A DNA stretch of 55,727 bases, counting the filler, from Jimgerdemannia flammicorona (lineage: Eukaryota): NCBI GenBank assembly GCA_003990765.1. It is 2 parts of 2 records of this genome, joined end to end, with 100 filler letters (N's around TTAATTAATTAA, not from the genome) between each part and the next. Parts side by side here need not be neighbours in the genome. Positions count along the whole stretch, not along the records: positions 1 to 27,814 come from RBNJ01000598.1; positions 27,915 to 55,727 come from RBNJ01000599.1. One strand, 5' to 3'. Below the pieces are notes generated by a model, which was given only the letters and a program-made list of their open reading frames with translations, was not told where the DNA came from and did no database searches. Made by a program: the position numbers and the translations under genes. Within the stretch, counting starts at the first letter, position 1; every line of letters starts with the position of its first letter. This document shows positions 23,771-36,300 of the stretch, piece after piece.

Positions 23771-26712
23771 CTATTGATGGAGTGCTTCTTCAATTTTCGT
23801 CACAACCTCTTGGGCGGCAAGCGGAATTCTCGTACCTGTTATAAGAATAGGTTCGAAGACAAAGGAACGTGTGTAAGATCAAGCCTGCGCTTCCTTGTTG
23901 GCCAGCTCCATGAATTAACAAAAGGCCTCGCTCACCCGGTCCAAACACCGACGTCACACCAGCTTCTTTCAGGAAGGAGTAATCCTGGGCTGGAATCACA
24001 CCACCGCAGATGACGAGCTTGTCGCCAGCGCCAAGTTTACGAAGCTCGTTAATCAGCGCCGGTACTAGTGTCTTATGCCCAGCGGCTTGCGACGAGACAC
24101 CGACAACGTGAACGTCAGCGTCGATGGCCTGGCGGGCGACTTCTTCAGGAGTCTGAACATGATTTTTAGGTAGAGTTGAGACAAAATGGTAACGGTTACA
24201 TGTTTCACAAAAGTCTTGCAAATTGATGGAAGAATAGTGCAACAGGACGCACCTGGAACAACGGCCCAACGTCGACATCAAAACCCAGATCCGCAAAGCC
24301 GGAAGCGATGACCTTTGCGCCGCGGTCATGACCGTCTTGACCCATCTTCGCAACAAGAAGACGAGGTCGACGACCTTGATTTTTTGTGAATTGCTCGACG
24401 AGGTCGAGTGTGCGCCTGACTTCGTCGCGGTCGCCATATTCGGACCTGTATGCACCCGAAACAACACGCGAAGTTGGTTGATGACGACCCCAGATCTTTG
24501 TAAGCAAGAGGATGATATAAGATCGAGAAAGCAATCCAAAATTAGATAGATCGAGATACCGCAACGAATTGCGTTGAGTAATAATGAAATCCAATTCACA
24601 ATTACCTTCTCTAGCGAGTACGAAATCTCACCAACAGTGCACCGCGCTTTAGCAGCCTATTCATGCACGCCAAATGATTACGGAAACGTGCGAGACCGAG
24701 CAAAGTAAGTTCACGTAACAGAATAACATAACATCGTAATGGTAAAGGTGCTTACCTCAATGGAAAGGGCCAATAGATTGCCGTTGCCAGTTTTTGCGCT
24801 CTCAGTAAGCGCGTTGAGACATTCCTGAGCCTAACTCAAATATAAGATGGTGGTGATATCAGGAATTGCCGCATGTGTGAGATATCCATTCGTGCGGAAA
24901 TGGGGTATATTTTCAAGGCGAAACGCCAAAAAGAAAGAGGAAGGGAATAGTAAACATCGGGGGAGAAACAGATAAAGAACACAAACCTTAGCCTCATCAC
25001 GGTTCGCCTTCACCCCTGTGATCCTCTTAATCTATAGATATATAACATTGGATAAATAGACATAAAAAGCAAGCACTTGAAAATGACAATCTAAGTGAGG
25101 ATAACGTCATAAGCAGTTCAATCTTACTTGGGAGTCCCGCACGGCCGTGTTATCGATGGCAAGGACTTCAACGTTTTCTTCCTTCTCCAGGCGGTATTTG
25201 TTCACACCAACAATGGTTTCTACGGTGTCGTTTTCAAAAATGGGCATCACTCGTCAATGGGTGATTCACACCATCCCTAGTGGAGCCATGGCCGCTGTAT
25301 CCACCCTCAAAAGTATATATATATATATATATCTGCCCACAAAGCATTAGTCGTCCTAAGTGCAATTTACTCACGAAAAATACATACCCTGTTCGGAATC
25401 AATCCTAGCCTGACGCTTCGCCGCGGACTCCTCGATCTTCAACTTGGGCATCCCCGTTGCGACTGCCTTAGCCATTCCGCCCATCTGCTCGATTTCGTCG
25501 ATCAGTTCCTTGGCAGCATCGTGGATCTCGGCCGTCAGCGACTCCATCATGTAAGAACCCCCCCATGGATCGGCAACCTACGGAACAGAGAAAAGGGAAA
25601 TGGAATCAGGGGATTCGCTGGCGACTTCTTTCACCTCCGCTCCGCTTGGGTCGTGCAATAATTATTAATGATGTCTCCTTCTCTATCACTTTAGAACATG
25701 GCAGCGGATCAGTGACAAGAGCTCGGAGCATCCAGCGGACATTGCCACTCTACCTTGGGAATCCCTGCCTCCTCTTGTAGAATCAGTTGGGTATTCCTCG
25801 CAATTCTGGCCGAAGATTCAGTCGGTAGGCCAATGGCTTCATCGAACGAGTTAGTATGCAATGACTGGGTGCCGCCAAGAGTGGCCGCCATGGCCTCAAC
25901 TGTGGTGCGAATGATGTTGTTGTACGGCTGCTGTTCTGTGAGTGACCAACCAGAGGTCTGACAATGCGTGCGTAGAAGAAGCGATTTCTGAGACTTTGCT
26001 TGGAAATTTTCTTTGATGAGAGTTGCCCAAAGCTTGCGCGCAGCTCGCATTTTTGCAATTTCCTGATGAGTTGGAGGGAAAAATTGATCAGATATTGTCA
26101 ACACGGCATCGGTTGGGTCTTTTTAAACCAAAACGTGAGGGTTACGTCACGATCATTCATTCAATGGAACAATCGAGACATACCATGTAGAAGTTCATGC
26201 CAATAGCCCAGAAGAACGACAAACGTGGTGCAAATTCGTCGACTGGCATGCCTGCCTTTATTCCTATAAGGATGTATGGAGTAACGAAGTGAGTACCGCT
26301 CACACCATACATCGGTGAATGTCATAACTATTTACTCTCCGTCCGAAAGTCTCATAAAAGAGTAAACATGACATTGATATGTCTCGCGGCCGCTATGTAC
26401 ACACCTGTTCGTACATACTCAAGCCCATCTGCAATGGTAAATGCCAGCTCGAGCACGGCATCCGCGCCAGCCTCTTGCATGTGGTAACCTGAAATGGAGA
26501 TCGAGTTGTATTTGGGCATGTTCTACACAAGTAAGTGGGATGAAATTAGAGCTACGCCAACGATCGTCTTCAGCGTTGAGGGAGTTACATAAACAATTGT
26601 CTAGGCTTTATGCCACATGAGCAAAAAATTTCCACTCACTTTCGACGTGAAGGAGAAGATATCTCCAATGAGACGCATGCTGGGCTCCGGAGGGTAGATG
26701 AACGTGTTTCGA

Positions 26713-26744
<32 letters not shown>

Positions 26745-27780
26745 TGTGCCCGCAAGCTCCTTCAAGTCGGCGCCTTGCTCGAGACCGGCAACAATATACA
26801 TGGCGAGGATGGGCAGCACGGCGCCATTCATGGTCATGGAAACAGACATCTTGTTCAGCGGGATGCCTTCGAATAGGATCTTCATGTCCTCGACGGTATC
26901 GATAGCTACGCCGGCCATGCCCACATCGCCCACCACGCGTGGGTGGTCCGAATCGTAGCTGCGCCACATAATTGCATTGGCAATAACGACGAGTTAAGTC
27001 GGCAGGATCCTTATATATAACTCAAACCCCCCACGCTCGGAATCCGTAAAAAACAAGGACGAATAATGTTCTTACCCACGATGTGTGGCCAAATCGAACG
27101 CAACCGAGAGACCCTGCTGTCCGGCCGCCAAATTCCTCCGATAGAAATGATTGGATTCCTCGACAGTACTGAACCCAGCGTACTAGAGTCACGAACGTGG
27201 TTTGCGTTGAATGAGCGGGAACATACCACCAACGTCAACCTCGAATCACTAAGCCAAGAAAATGAATTTGGGTAACGCACCTGACGAATTGTCCATGGCC
27301 GAGCGGTGTACATGGAGGCGTATGGTCCACGCGTAAACGGGAACTTGCCCGGTATCTCGTCGTCAATTTCCCCAACGTCGGCCTTCGTATACACGGGCTT
27401 AATGTCGAGGCCCTATAATACACAGCAAAGCGGCACGTATATGATGGTTCAGAACACGCATAGTGATCGGCGACCAAGCAAGGGATACGGTACACGTACC
27501 TCGGCGGTATGCCACGTCAAGACTTTCACAGGGTCTTTGCCTTTCAGCTCCTTTGAGGCCATAGCGGCCCATTCCGGATGAAGTGACACCTTGGGGCCCT
27601 TGGCTGTTGCAAAAGCCTGGCAAGGTCCCGGGGATTCGTGACAAAGTGCTGTTAGAAAGGTGTTGTATCGGGACTGCGTCGGGTTGAACAGGTTGGGCTG
27701 TAACATACCCTTCCGTACACGCTCGCATATCTGTTGAGAGTGCGAAGCGAATGTTTCTTCACAGCAGTAAGGTATTGCAT
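23771..27780 (-). CDS. MUT: Methylmalonyl-CoA mutase, adenosylcobalamin-dependent, mitochondrial; 16 exons, apparently intact
   Basis: Spliced protein [30 protein letters not shown].. with [90 protein letters not shown] and the B12-binding [10 protein letters not shown]. It ends GTRIP..EEALHQ* (stop 23771-23773). Fifteen GT-AG introns traced. Confidence 0.97.
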
Positions 27781-27814
27781 AACGGAACGGAAGCAAAGCG
27801 AAGAGGGGTGGGGG

Positions 27815-27914
27815 NNNNNNNNNNNNNNNNNNNNNNNNNNNNNNNNNNNNNNNNNNNNTTAATTAATTAANNNNNNNNNNNNNNNNNNNNNNNNNNNNNN
27901 NNNNNNNNNNNNNN
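27815..27914. other. Artificial scaffold linker: 44 N + TTAATTAATTAA + 44 N
   Basis: Six-frame-stop spacer centred in a 100-bp N run. Confidence 0.97.
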
Positions 27915-29779
27915 TTTTTTTTAATTGAGGGAATTGGGGGAGAACAAACGATACGTACCCATTTTGTGCTAGGTATGGATTCCGTGAACCATCGTCACGT
28001 CTGGTCATTTATTGAGACCTTCAAAAGGATAGGGAGAGGAATGAGAGGTCGGTTGCCCTGGGTTGAACAACAAATGAGATAAGAGACGACTATCGGGGCT
28101 GAGGGTGGAGTTTGTGTTTTGACCTTCCCTCCCCCAATTCCAGGCACAAGCACCGCCAAATGCGCGGCCGCCGTGGTGATTCTCCCGGACCGCAAGCTTC
28201 TCGGGATGAACCGCACGCTCCCCGCGATCCCCTCGCCTGTGGGGAAGGGACATAATGCCGTCACCTTGCATGATGTTCCCTGCGTGGCATCGCTGAGTCT
28301 CTCCGTTTCTATTTCGCGTCGCTTAGTAATATGCTTTATACCATGCGGCACCAGGCTCTTGGGAATCCTACGACGGATCATAAGCTACACTTGCGGTACG
28401 AAAAGGGTGGGTAGGACGATTAGGAATTGGTAGTTTATCGGTATCCTTTAACGTGTTAATTAATCCCTGCCCAATCCCACAACGACAGCTACAAGATTGA
28501 CGGCATCACTCTCCATGGCGCTCTCGCCACGTTTAGGGTTCCACAGGATTGACGCGTGCATCTCTCGCTCTCCTGTGTTTCGTTATTTGTACATCATCCT
28601 CCCGTGCTTACATTTCTCCACCCCCTCCAACAAACCCTCCCCCAGACCGATCGAGTCTACCTTCCACAGCCTCAAAAACTTGCTCGGGCACTTCCACCGG
28701 TCCTTCTACTTCCTCTCTGACTCAGAGCTGCTATGTCTCCGTCGGTATATACCCCTGTCATATTGTTTGCATGTAGCTTGGTGTTTGATATATCCTTTGA
28801 ATGATGACAGGTTTGGTGGCTTGTGATGCTTTTCGGTGCCGGAGATTGTGTTTATTCTATCATTCTATCGCCCATTTCCTTATTTATTCTTAACAACCAT
28901 AACACTCCCTCATCCTCTGGAGCTCCTCCACGATCCCTGTCGCCACTGGGCCCTCGAACTCTGAGCAGGAGAAAGACGCTAGACCGCAAGACCTGTTCCC
29001 GTACTCAACCTTGCGCCAGCTTTTGCTATCCTGGTCCTCGCGCACGCGGCGGGGTGTTAGTGTTCTTCGCCATAAGGCCCACATTTAGGGTTTGGGGATG
29101 GATGTGGGTGGGGTTTGATGTTAATTTCGAATATTCCTTCCCTCCCTCCCTCTCAGCCCACATTCACAACTCACACAGGCCATCGTCCTCAAACTCAATA
29201 TATTCATCCTCATTTCACCTCCATCACCTCCACCATCCTGATCTGCCCGGCCGCCATGATCTCCGCCATGTCCAACAGTGCCTGGAGTGTCCTCAAATCA
29301 CTCAGCTTGGCTTATGCTGCCATGAGAATCATTGTCATTTGTACTACAATCTTCAGCCTCTTCATTATCACCACCTTAATTGTTACCCTCCAGTTCTTCG
29401 CCAGGCCCTCAAGGAGAAATGTGATCAATCTCACATCTCTGCAATATATAAAAAGAAAGAATACTAAGCTGACTGATAATTTCAATGATAATCTCAAACA
29501 CAAGCTCTCTATAAAGTAGTAAAAAAATAATCTCAACCTCTGAAGACTGATAGTGAATTATAAAAAATTACTATATAAAATAAGATAATCAAAAATATAA
29601 AACAGTGCAAAATAGAGAACTGGTAAAAAAAGATCAGAACAAGGAGTATGTTAAGATAGTTGAAGATAAAATTATTTTTCGATATATCTAGCAAACTTTT
29701 AATAATTCATATATTATATCTTTAATACATATCCATGGTTACAAATTCTTATTAAGGATAAACTCTTTATCATGAGATT

Positions 29780-32040
29780 CCAATTAGATAATAAATATCA
29801 TTGGGTTCACAGATTTTCCCACCCACAGGGTCTGATTCAACGTCAAACGTATAGAACCTCCAGGGATTCCCCCTCCACCGCTTGATATCATTAGCGACCT
29901 CCCACCCGCGAGGCCCTCTCGGCACACTGCTCGACGCGGTGCACCACACTTGTTTAATTCCTGACAGAGGCGAGATCCACCAACGGCAACAGTACCCTCC
30001 GACGCCACTGCCTGGCCTTCTCGCCAAGTTCTTTCTGCCTTTGCCGCTGGAATCCGCTCCTCTTGGTTGTTGTTGTTACGCCCAAGTTGATGTCTCCAGC
30101 GGGATCGACTGCGAGACATAACCTGGTAGGGCGGGGAACCACCTTTTGACGATTTCTGTTCCGATACTTCTCGTCGAGTTTCTTCACCCAACCGATGCTC
30201 ATTCTAATCAGTGGGAGAATTTCGGCATCGATTGGGTCCCTCCGGCCTTCTTCTTTCCATTTCCGATCGAGCGCCCAGACTCCCAAATCGAAAGGAGTGG
30301 GGAGGTGCTGGGCGTTCGCGCAATAAAAGGCAATCGGCATGTTGCCACTTAGGTCAAGGAGGTGGTCGGAGGGAGTAGGGAGGTGCTGAGCATTCTTGCA
30401 ATGGAAGTCGAGTGGCGTATTGTCACTGATATCAAGGAGGAGGTAGGAAGAAAAGTTCGCCAATTGTTGGGCTGTTTCTATGGCATTAATCTGGGCTGAT
30501 GAAATTAACCCGTCATTGAATACTGCGATCGATGTTGGAGAGCACAACCAACTTCGCCGGATCGTTACGTCTTATCTTGTTCTCGAGTTTCTTCACCCAA
30601 CCGATGCTCGTTCTAATCAGTAGGAGTATTTCGGTATCAATTGGGTTCCTCCTGCCTTCTTCTTTCCATTTCCGATCGAGCGCCCAGACTCCCAAATCGA
30701 ACGGAGTAGGGAGGCGCTGGGCGTTCGCACAATAAAAGTCGATCGACATGTTGCCACTTATATCGACGAGGAGGTCGGAGAAGGTCGCCATAGTTTTTGC
30801 CGTTTCCAGTGCGCTATCTGCAATGATAAAGTTTACCGGTCGGCGTAGAGTTCGGGGAATGTTGGTGGGCACGTTCACAGGCTCGGCGTATTGTTCCTCG
30901 TCGTCAAGTTCCGGGCGCCTTCGTTCTATTGATGACAGCACTTGAGAGCGCGCCACGTAAGGTCGCTGAAAATCTGAGGCGACGTCAGGGTGACGTGCCA
31001 TTCTCCAAGCCCACTGTAAGCCATCTGCCTAGGAGAAAGAAGTTTGGTCCTCCGGGGTTTTGGTTATCATAGTGTAGTTGACATTTTGGCTAAACATTGG
31101 CCCCTGGGTTCACGGGTTTCTCCCACCCACAGGGAGGGGTAAACTGAAGATTCAACGTCAAACGTATAAAACTTCCAGAGGTTATCCCCCATTCCTGCTT
31201 TATGTCAGCCAGCGACCTTCCGCTCGCGAGACCCACCGCCAGGATCCTGATTAATGCACTCCTCTCGGCACACTGCTCGACGTAGTGCATTACGCTCGTT
31301 TCGTTCCTGACGGTGGCGAGGTTCACCAAAGGTGATAGCGCCCTCCGGCGCCACTGCCTGGCTTTCTCTCTAAGTTCTTTCTGAATATTTCGCTGAAATC
31401 CGCCCCTCTTGATTATGGTCACGCCCAAGTTAATGTCTCCAGTGGGACTGACTGCGAGACACACTTTGGTAGGGTGGACAACAGCTTTTTGGTGATCTCT
31501 TAAGGATGAGTATACTCCGAAAATTCTACGTCGAAAGTGTAAAGCCTTCATAGGTTACCCCTCCAGTCCTGCTTTATATCAGCCAGAGATCTCTCATCCG
31601 CCAGACCTACTGCCAGGATCCTAATCAAAGTACTCCTTCTGCACACTGCTCAATCTGGTTCATTACGTTGGATCTACTCTTTATGGGCATGAAGTCGACC
31701 AAAGGTAAATAACGCACTTCGCCATCCCCTGGCTCTCACGCCAAGCGGTTTCCGCTTTTCGTTTAGACTTTTGGGTCCGTCCAACTTGGTGGTGGTCACC
31801 CCTAGGTTAATCTCCTCAGAGGGGCCTCACCTTGGTTGTGCGGACAACCAACTTTTGGGTTCGTTGGTTCTTTCTGCCTTCTCTGGAAGTCCTTTTCCGT
31901 ACGTCAGACGTATCCCTCGACGATGGTGGAACGTGGTGGTCTTGGTTGGAATTATTCCTTCCTCCTGCGCGTTGGCTATGAGGGCAATGGCGGCCTTGAC
32001 GTCGAGCGGGTATTCGTCGTAGTTGGGGTGGGCCATGGCG
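29780..32040 (-). pseudogene. Three tandem degenerate copies of a putative zinc-dependent deaminase-like domain, plus a duplicated N-terminal module
   Basis: Copies at ~29790-30200, ~31090-31500 and ~31550-31900 share CLAVxPxGDINLGVT..ARQWRR..EQCAE(RS)..LIRILAVGLA..DIKQ..FYTFDVES..PCG. The module DLLxDxSGNM..NAQxLPTPFDLGVWALDRKW occurs at 30180-30370 and 30585-30785. Confidence 0.5.
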
Positions 32041-32469
32041 ATTGGGGGGGGGGGGCGGCGAATTGTGTCATCGCTGCAGATACTGATGCTTCTGAGTCTG
32101 CTGCAAACTTGACGTTTCATTATGAATGGCGCCTTGTTTTGTAGGAGGGCGATCACGGCGTCCCTTGCTTGCAGCGAGTTCTCCTTGTTCTTGTAATGAT
32201 GCCAGTGTAGTCGTATGGTTGTCTTGCTACCAGCGCGGCGGCTGTGATGATCCTGAGGCCTCCTTGCATTCTTGCTTGTCGGAGAGGTTTTCCTCTCATT
32301 CTTGTTCGTCGGAATTGGTTTCTTACGTTCTTGATGAACCCTCTTTGACCGGTGACCCAGTTTCTTATTTCTTCGATCTGTTCTGAGAGTTTGATCTCGT
32401 CGACGCTAATTTGCTTCTATTTAATGACCGAAGGGATGGGTTCCTCCCCCCTCGAAGCTGAACCAGTCG

Positions 32470-35400
32470 GCGTTCTAGAAAGTCAATCGGCTAGGCGTTG
32501 TCTTTGCCCTTGACGTAGTGAAAGTGGGTCCTGAATCCCATGATGACCAAAATACGTCGGAGAGTGCCCACAGTTGTATGTCTGGCTTTCTGTCTATGGT
32601 CATCAGGCTTGATTGTCCGTGTAGACATGAATTCGTTGGCCTCGTAGGAAGTCTTGATTTTTTTTCGAGGGGTTCGTAAAGGGCGTCGAACTCGGCATTC
32701 GGCCACATTTCCACTTTGTGGAACATGATAAGTTTACGAAAGGCCTTGGATCCGATTGTCACCATTTGCTATTCTTGGGTAATGAACCATCTGTTTCGAT
32801 GCGGAAATCCACGCCGGGTCGGACAGGCGCGAGTGGAATGTAGTGAATAAATGGCGTTCTTGAGCTGTTGGAAGGTCATTTCATGTTGATTTCCGCGATG
32901 ACTTTTTGCTGTTGACCTCGGTTTTTAACTGCTCCGAGGAGCGTCATTGTCTGGGGTAAAGGCATTTGGACGAGTCCTTGGATTCGTACCTGATTGATGC
33001 TGATACCCTAGTGGCTGACGAGGTAACCGAGCACGTCGGTTACATGGACCCAAGCGAGGAACTTCTTTTGAAGTCGTGGCTGGTTCCGATTTTTAAAATT
33101 TCTTCAAGAAGGTGCTCGTACTCTTGTCTGGTTTTTCCTCCTCCGTTAGCATCGTCGATATATAACTTTGCCAGTTGAATGGTCAACATGCATTGTCCCA
33201 GTCGATTGCCGGGATTAGGTTAAATGCTGCCACGATGTTCGCTTGAAGCAACCATTTTAGTTGCATATCTGCCAATTGGCGGACGATTTCGTGTGCTGAC
33301 GGCATGTCATACCCCGTATATTGCGTTGCTTCGTTTACTAGTCGGTAGTAGTCTGTTGCCGGGCGAACCTTTGGTCGGGCGATCGCTTGTCCTTCCACAA
33401 GTGCCTCCGTTTTTCCGCTGTGAACGATGAATTGTCGGCAATGTCATCGATTCTTGAACGGGGATGTATCGTCTTTCTTTTATTTTTTTTTCTTGTACTT
33501 CAAGCTACGTGTTATTTTTCGTCCTTGGCAATTATATGACCAGGATACAGGATTGAGCAGTGGTGCGTACGGTGGGTACGTTGTAATTGCCGGTAGATAT
33601 TTGAGAGCTTTCTTGTTGACGAAGCAAGACTTGTATTTGAGGAAAATATTTGCCGCTTATTGATCCGGTGGTGGGATCTTGAAGAGCTGAAAGAATTCTT
33701 GATTCTTCTTTCTGGTGCAGTCGGTTTCCACTTGCTTGGTTGGGTAGTTCGGTTTAAATCTTACAAGCGTTGTACAGCACCATTTTTTTCCCAAGGTGCA
33801 TCGTAGGCGGCGGTTTGTCTTCGGTTCTTTGTTTCTTGTCCTTGTGGGATGAATCGTCAATTCCGCCGAATACCTTCGCTTGCGATTCCATGTCGTTGAT
33901 CTATTATTGGGCGAGCGAATATTCTTTTTCAACAAAGTGGAGGCCGATTTGTGCTTGAATTCTTTTGTCCGTTGGTGCGGGTAGCGGAACGTTTTGCTTG
34001 CGGTGGTAGGCTTTGTCGTAAATGCTCAAATAGAGTGCGTTGACTTGGATGCTGGAATGGGACCAGTCCTTGGTCCCGATTATGATGGCGCGGGCCTTGT
34101 TGCTTACTTGATAGGATATATTTTGAATGACGAAGGATTGTCCCTTAATCCCTACGAAGCGCAACTTGTGCCTAGTTCCTTGAAGGCTGATGCTGATGTC
34201 TACCAATGGACGTATTGAAAGAGACCGCGACTTCTTCCTTTATGGTCATTGCTTCCATCAGAACGCGTCGTTGTCGCTGTTGCCTGACGTTCTCTTGCTT
34301 TTTGCTTTTGCAGCGATCCCTTTTGTCCTTGCCGCGATCGTTTTCTCGGGTTTCCGAACTTGAGATCGTGTTTGATATGCGGCTGGCAGTTCCATCTGAA
34401 CTGGGGCGACCTCGATTGTTGCTTGGACTGGCAGGGTCCAACTGCCGTCTTCTTGGGGGTCCCAGTGCGGTCCAAGGGGTGTTATGTCTGTGACTTCTTT
34501 CCAGGGGAGGTCGGCGTCGGAATCGTGCGAGACATCGGTGACATCGATGTTGTAGTCGCAACCTTGTGGCTGCGATTTGTTGCTCGCAATTTGTTGCGAG
34601 GTACTGGTCCCCGTCACGTTCCTTTCTCCAATTGGGTTGGGAGAGGTCCTGGGATGAGGGTCCATTCCTTGTTTTAGAGTCTTTTACTATTCCGTAGGCT
34701 TGCGCTCCTTCTTGGTTCCATAATGTTTCTACGTTGTTGCCGTTGCTTTCGATGAGCCATTCTTGTAAGGAATCTTACTTCACCGTGACCAGCTAGTACG
34801 ATGCAGTGAAGTATGTAAGTGATACCGTTATTGGTGAATTCTATCCCATTTAGTCTGCCGATGACGTAAAGTGTTGTCGATTTCTGGAACCAACTCGTGT
34901 CGAAGATTGAGTTGATCGAGTACCGTTTCATTGATGACATTTGCGCCTACTCCGGTGTCGATTTTTGCTTGGAACGTGTTTACTCCTCGTCGGAGTACCG
35001 TGGTTAATTGTCCTACTTGATGTCTTGGGGGTGTTTTGACTCCGCGGCGTTCAGGCCTTCCTTGACCATTGGATTTACCAGACTGAGCACGTCGATCTTG
35101 ACATCGTCTGGGGATGTTTTGCGTACTTCGTCAATTTCCATTCTTGTGCGTCTGGTACGTCCTCTGGATGATATTGCGAGCGCGAGCGTTCGTTTGATCT
35201 TGACGAGCTTCTTCCACGCGTGGGGGACTTGCCATTGAAGGGTACTCTTCATCGCTGCTTGAGTTCATCAATTTGTTGGTATAGCTGATCGATTTTTGCT
35301 TGGTCAGCTTCGTTTTTTTATCGGGCAATGTCCACCTGATGAATCGGAACTCCTTTCTGTTTATAGTATTCCGTCATTTCCGCTTCTACTTTACTTGTCG

Positions 35401-36300
35401 ATGATTGCCAAAGTTGGCAGGCGTATTCGTTGTGCCGTCTGACTTGCTACTTCCTGGTCATGACGGCGGCTATGTACCTTCCCACAATGAAATTACGGAT
35501 CTTGATTGTTGCTTCTTCCAGGGTTGTGTATTTCTGCATCTCGAGGTCCTCATAAAACTTTGCGAAGACCCATTCTTGATAATGTCCGACGAATTCCTTG
35601 ATCGGGAATTCCGGTTGGTTATTGATGTAGCCGGTGTCGATGACTTGTTGTTGCAGTTTGACTGTGAAGAAGTTGAATTCGTCCATGTCGTTTCCGCGGA
35701 ACTCCATTTCTTGAAGCTTGATGAGATTGGTGGTGAACACGACTAGTGTTCACTATTTCTTGGGGATTCGGCATGTTCTTCGATGACTACTTGGCAGTTT
35801 CGTGGTCGGTTTGTTGAACCAGGTCGTCTGTGTTCATTTGTCGAAAAGTGTGCCCGAGGTCAGCCCGTGCGATAATCCATACTATATTTGCAATGATTCA
35901 TATTTTTCATGCTTTGTCGATGTCATCCTTCCATGTCCAGTTGGCTGCGACAATAATCTCAGCTTCTTGGTCGATACGCCCGTTTCGCGGTAATTTGATC
36001 TTGAAAGGTGAGCTTGGTTCAGGATCAGGTTGGTCGTCGATTGTTGGCATATTTTCATTGTCGTCCAAGTTGTTACGATGCTAGCTAAAGGCGGTCCACT
36101 GGCTCTGCTGCGATTCCCTTGACTTAGGTCGGTGGTTTTGGGATGGATCCGTAATGGCGTCGCGCCCACCGTGTTACTTGAAGAACGCCACCAGTCCAGA
36201 GTGAGGCTTTGTCGCATTGCACACACATCTTTGTAGATTGACGATGTCGTCGACATTTGTACTCGTCATTTGTGAAGCGTACATCTTCTAGTCCCCAAAG
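32470..36300 (-). mobile_element. Frameshifted Ty3/Gypsy-like gag-protease-RT-RNase H remnant; no integrase or LTR found
   Basis: gag-like (QEMEFRGNDMDEF..YTTLEEA, 35447-35740); protease AKIDTGVGANVI (~34940-34970); RT VRPATDYYRLVNEAT..YDMP and KLYIDD (~33155-33170); RNase H FRIETDGS and HYVKGKDN (~32500). Confidence 0.75.

Noticed and set aside
27449..27796. Alternative TTG-started MUT first exon from the ORF track
   Set aside because: The ATG at 27780 with intron 27708-27617 gives a canonical mitochondrial presequence in frame.
27859..27870. TTAATTAATTAA palindrome
   Set aside because: Artificial linker inside an N run. It also means adjacency of the two halves is not guaranteed.
27995..29536. 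Several overlapping ORFs of 75-214 aa
   Set aside because: No recognisable motif or consistent splice model.
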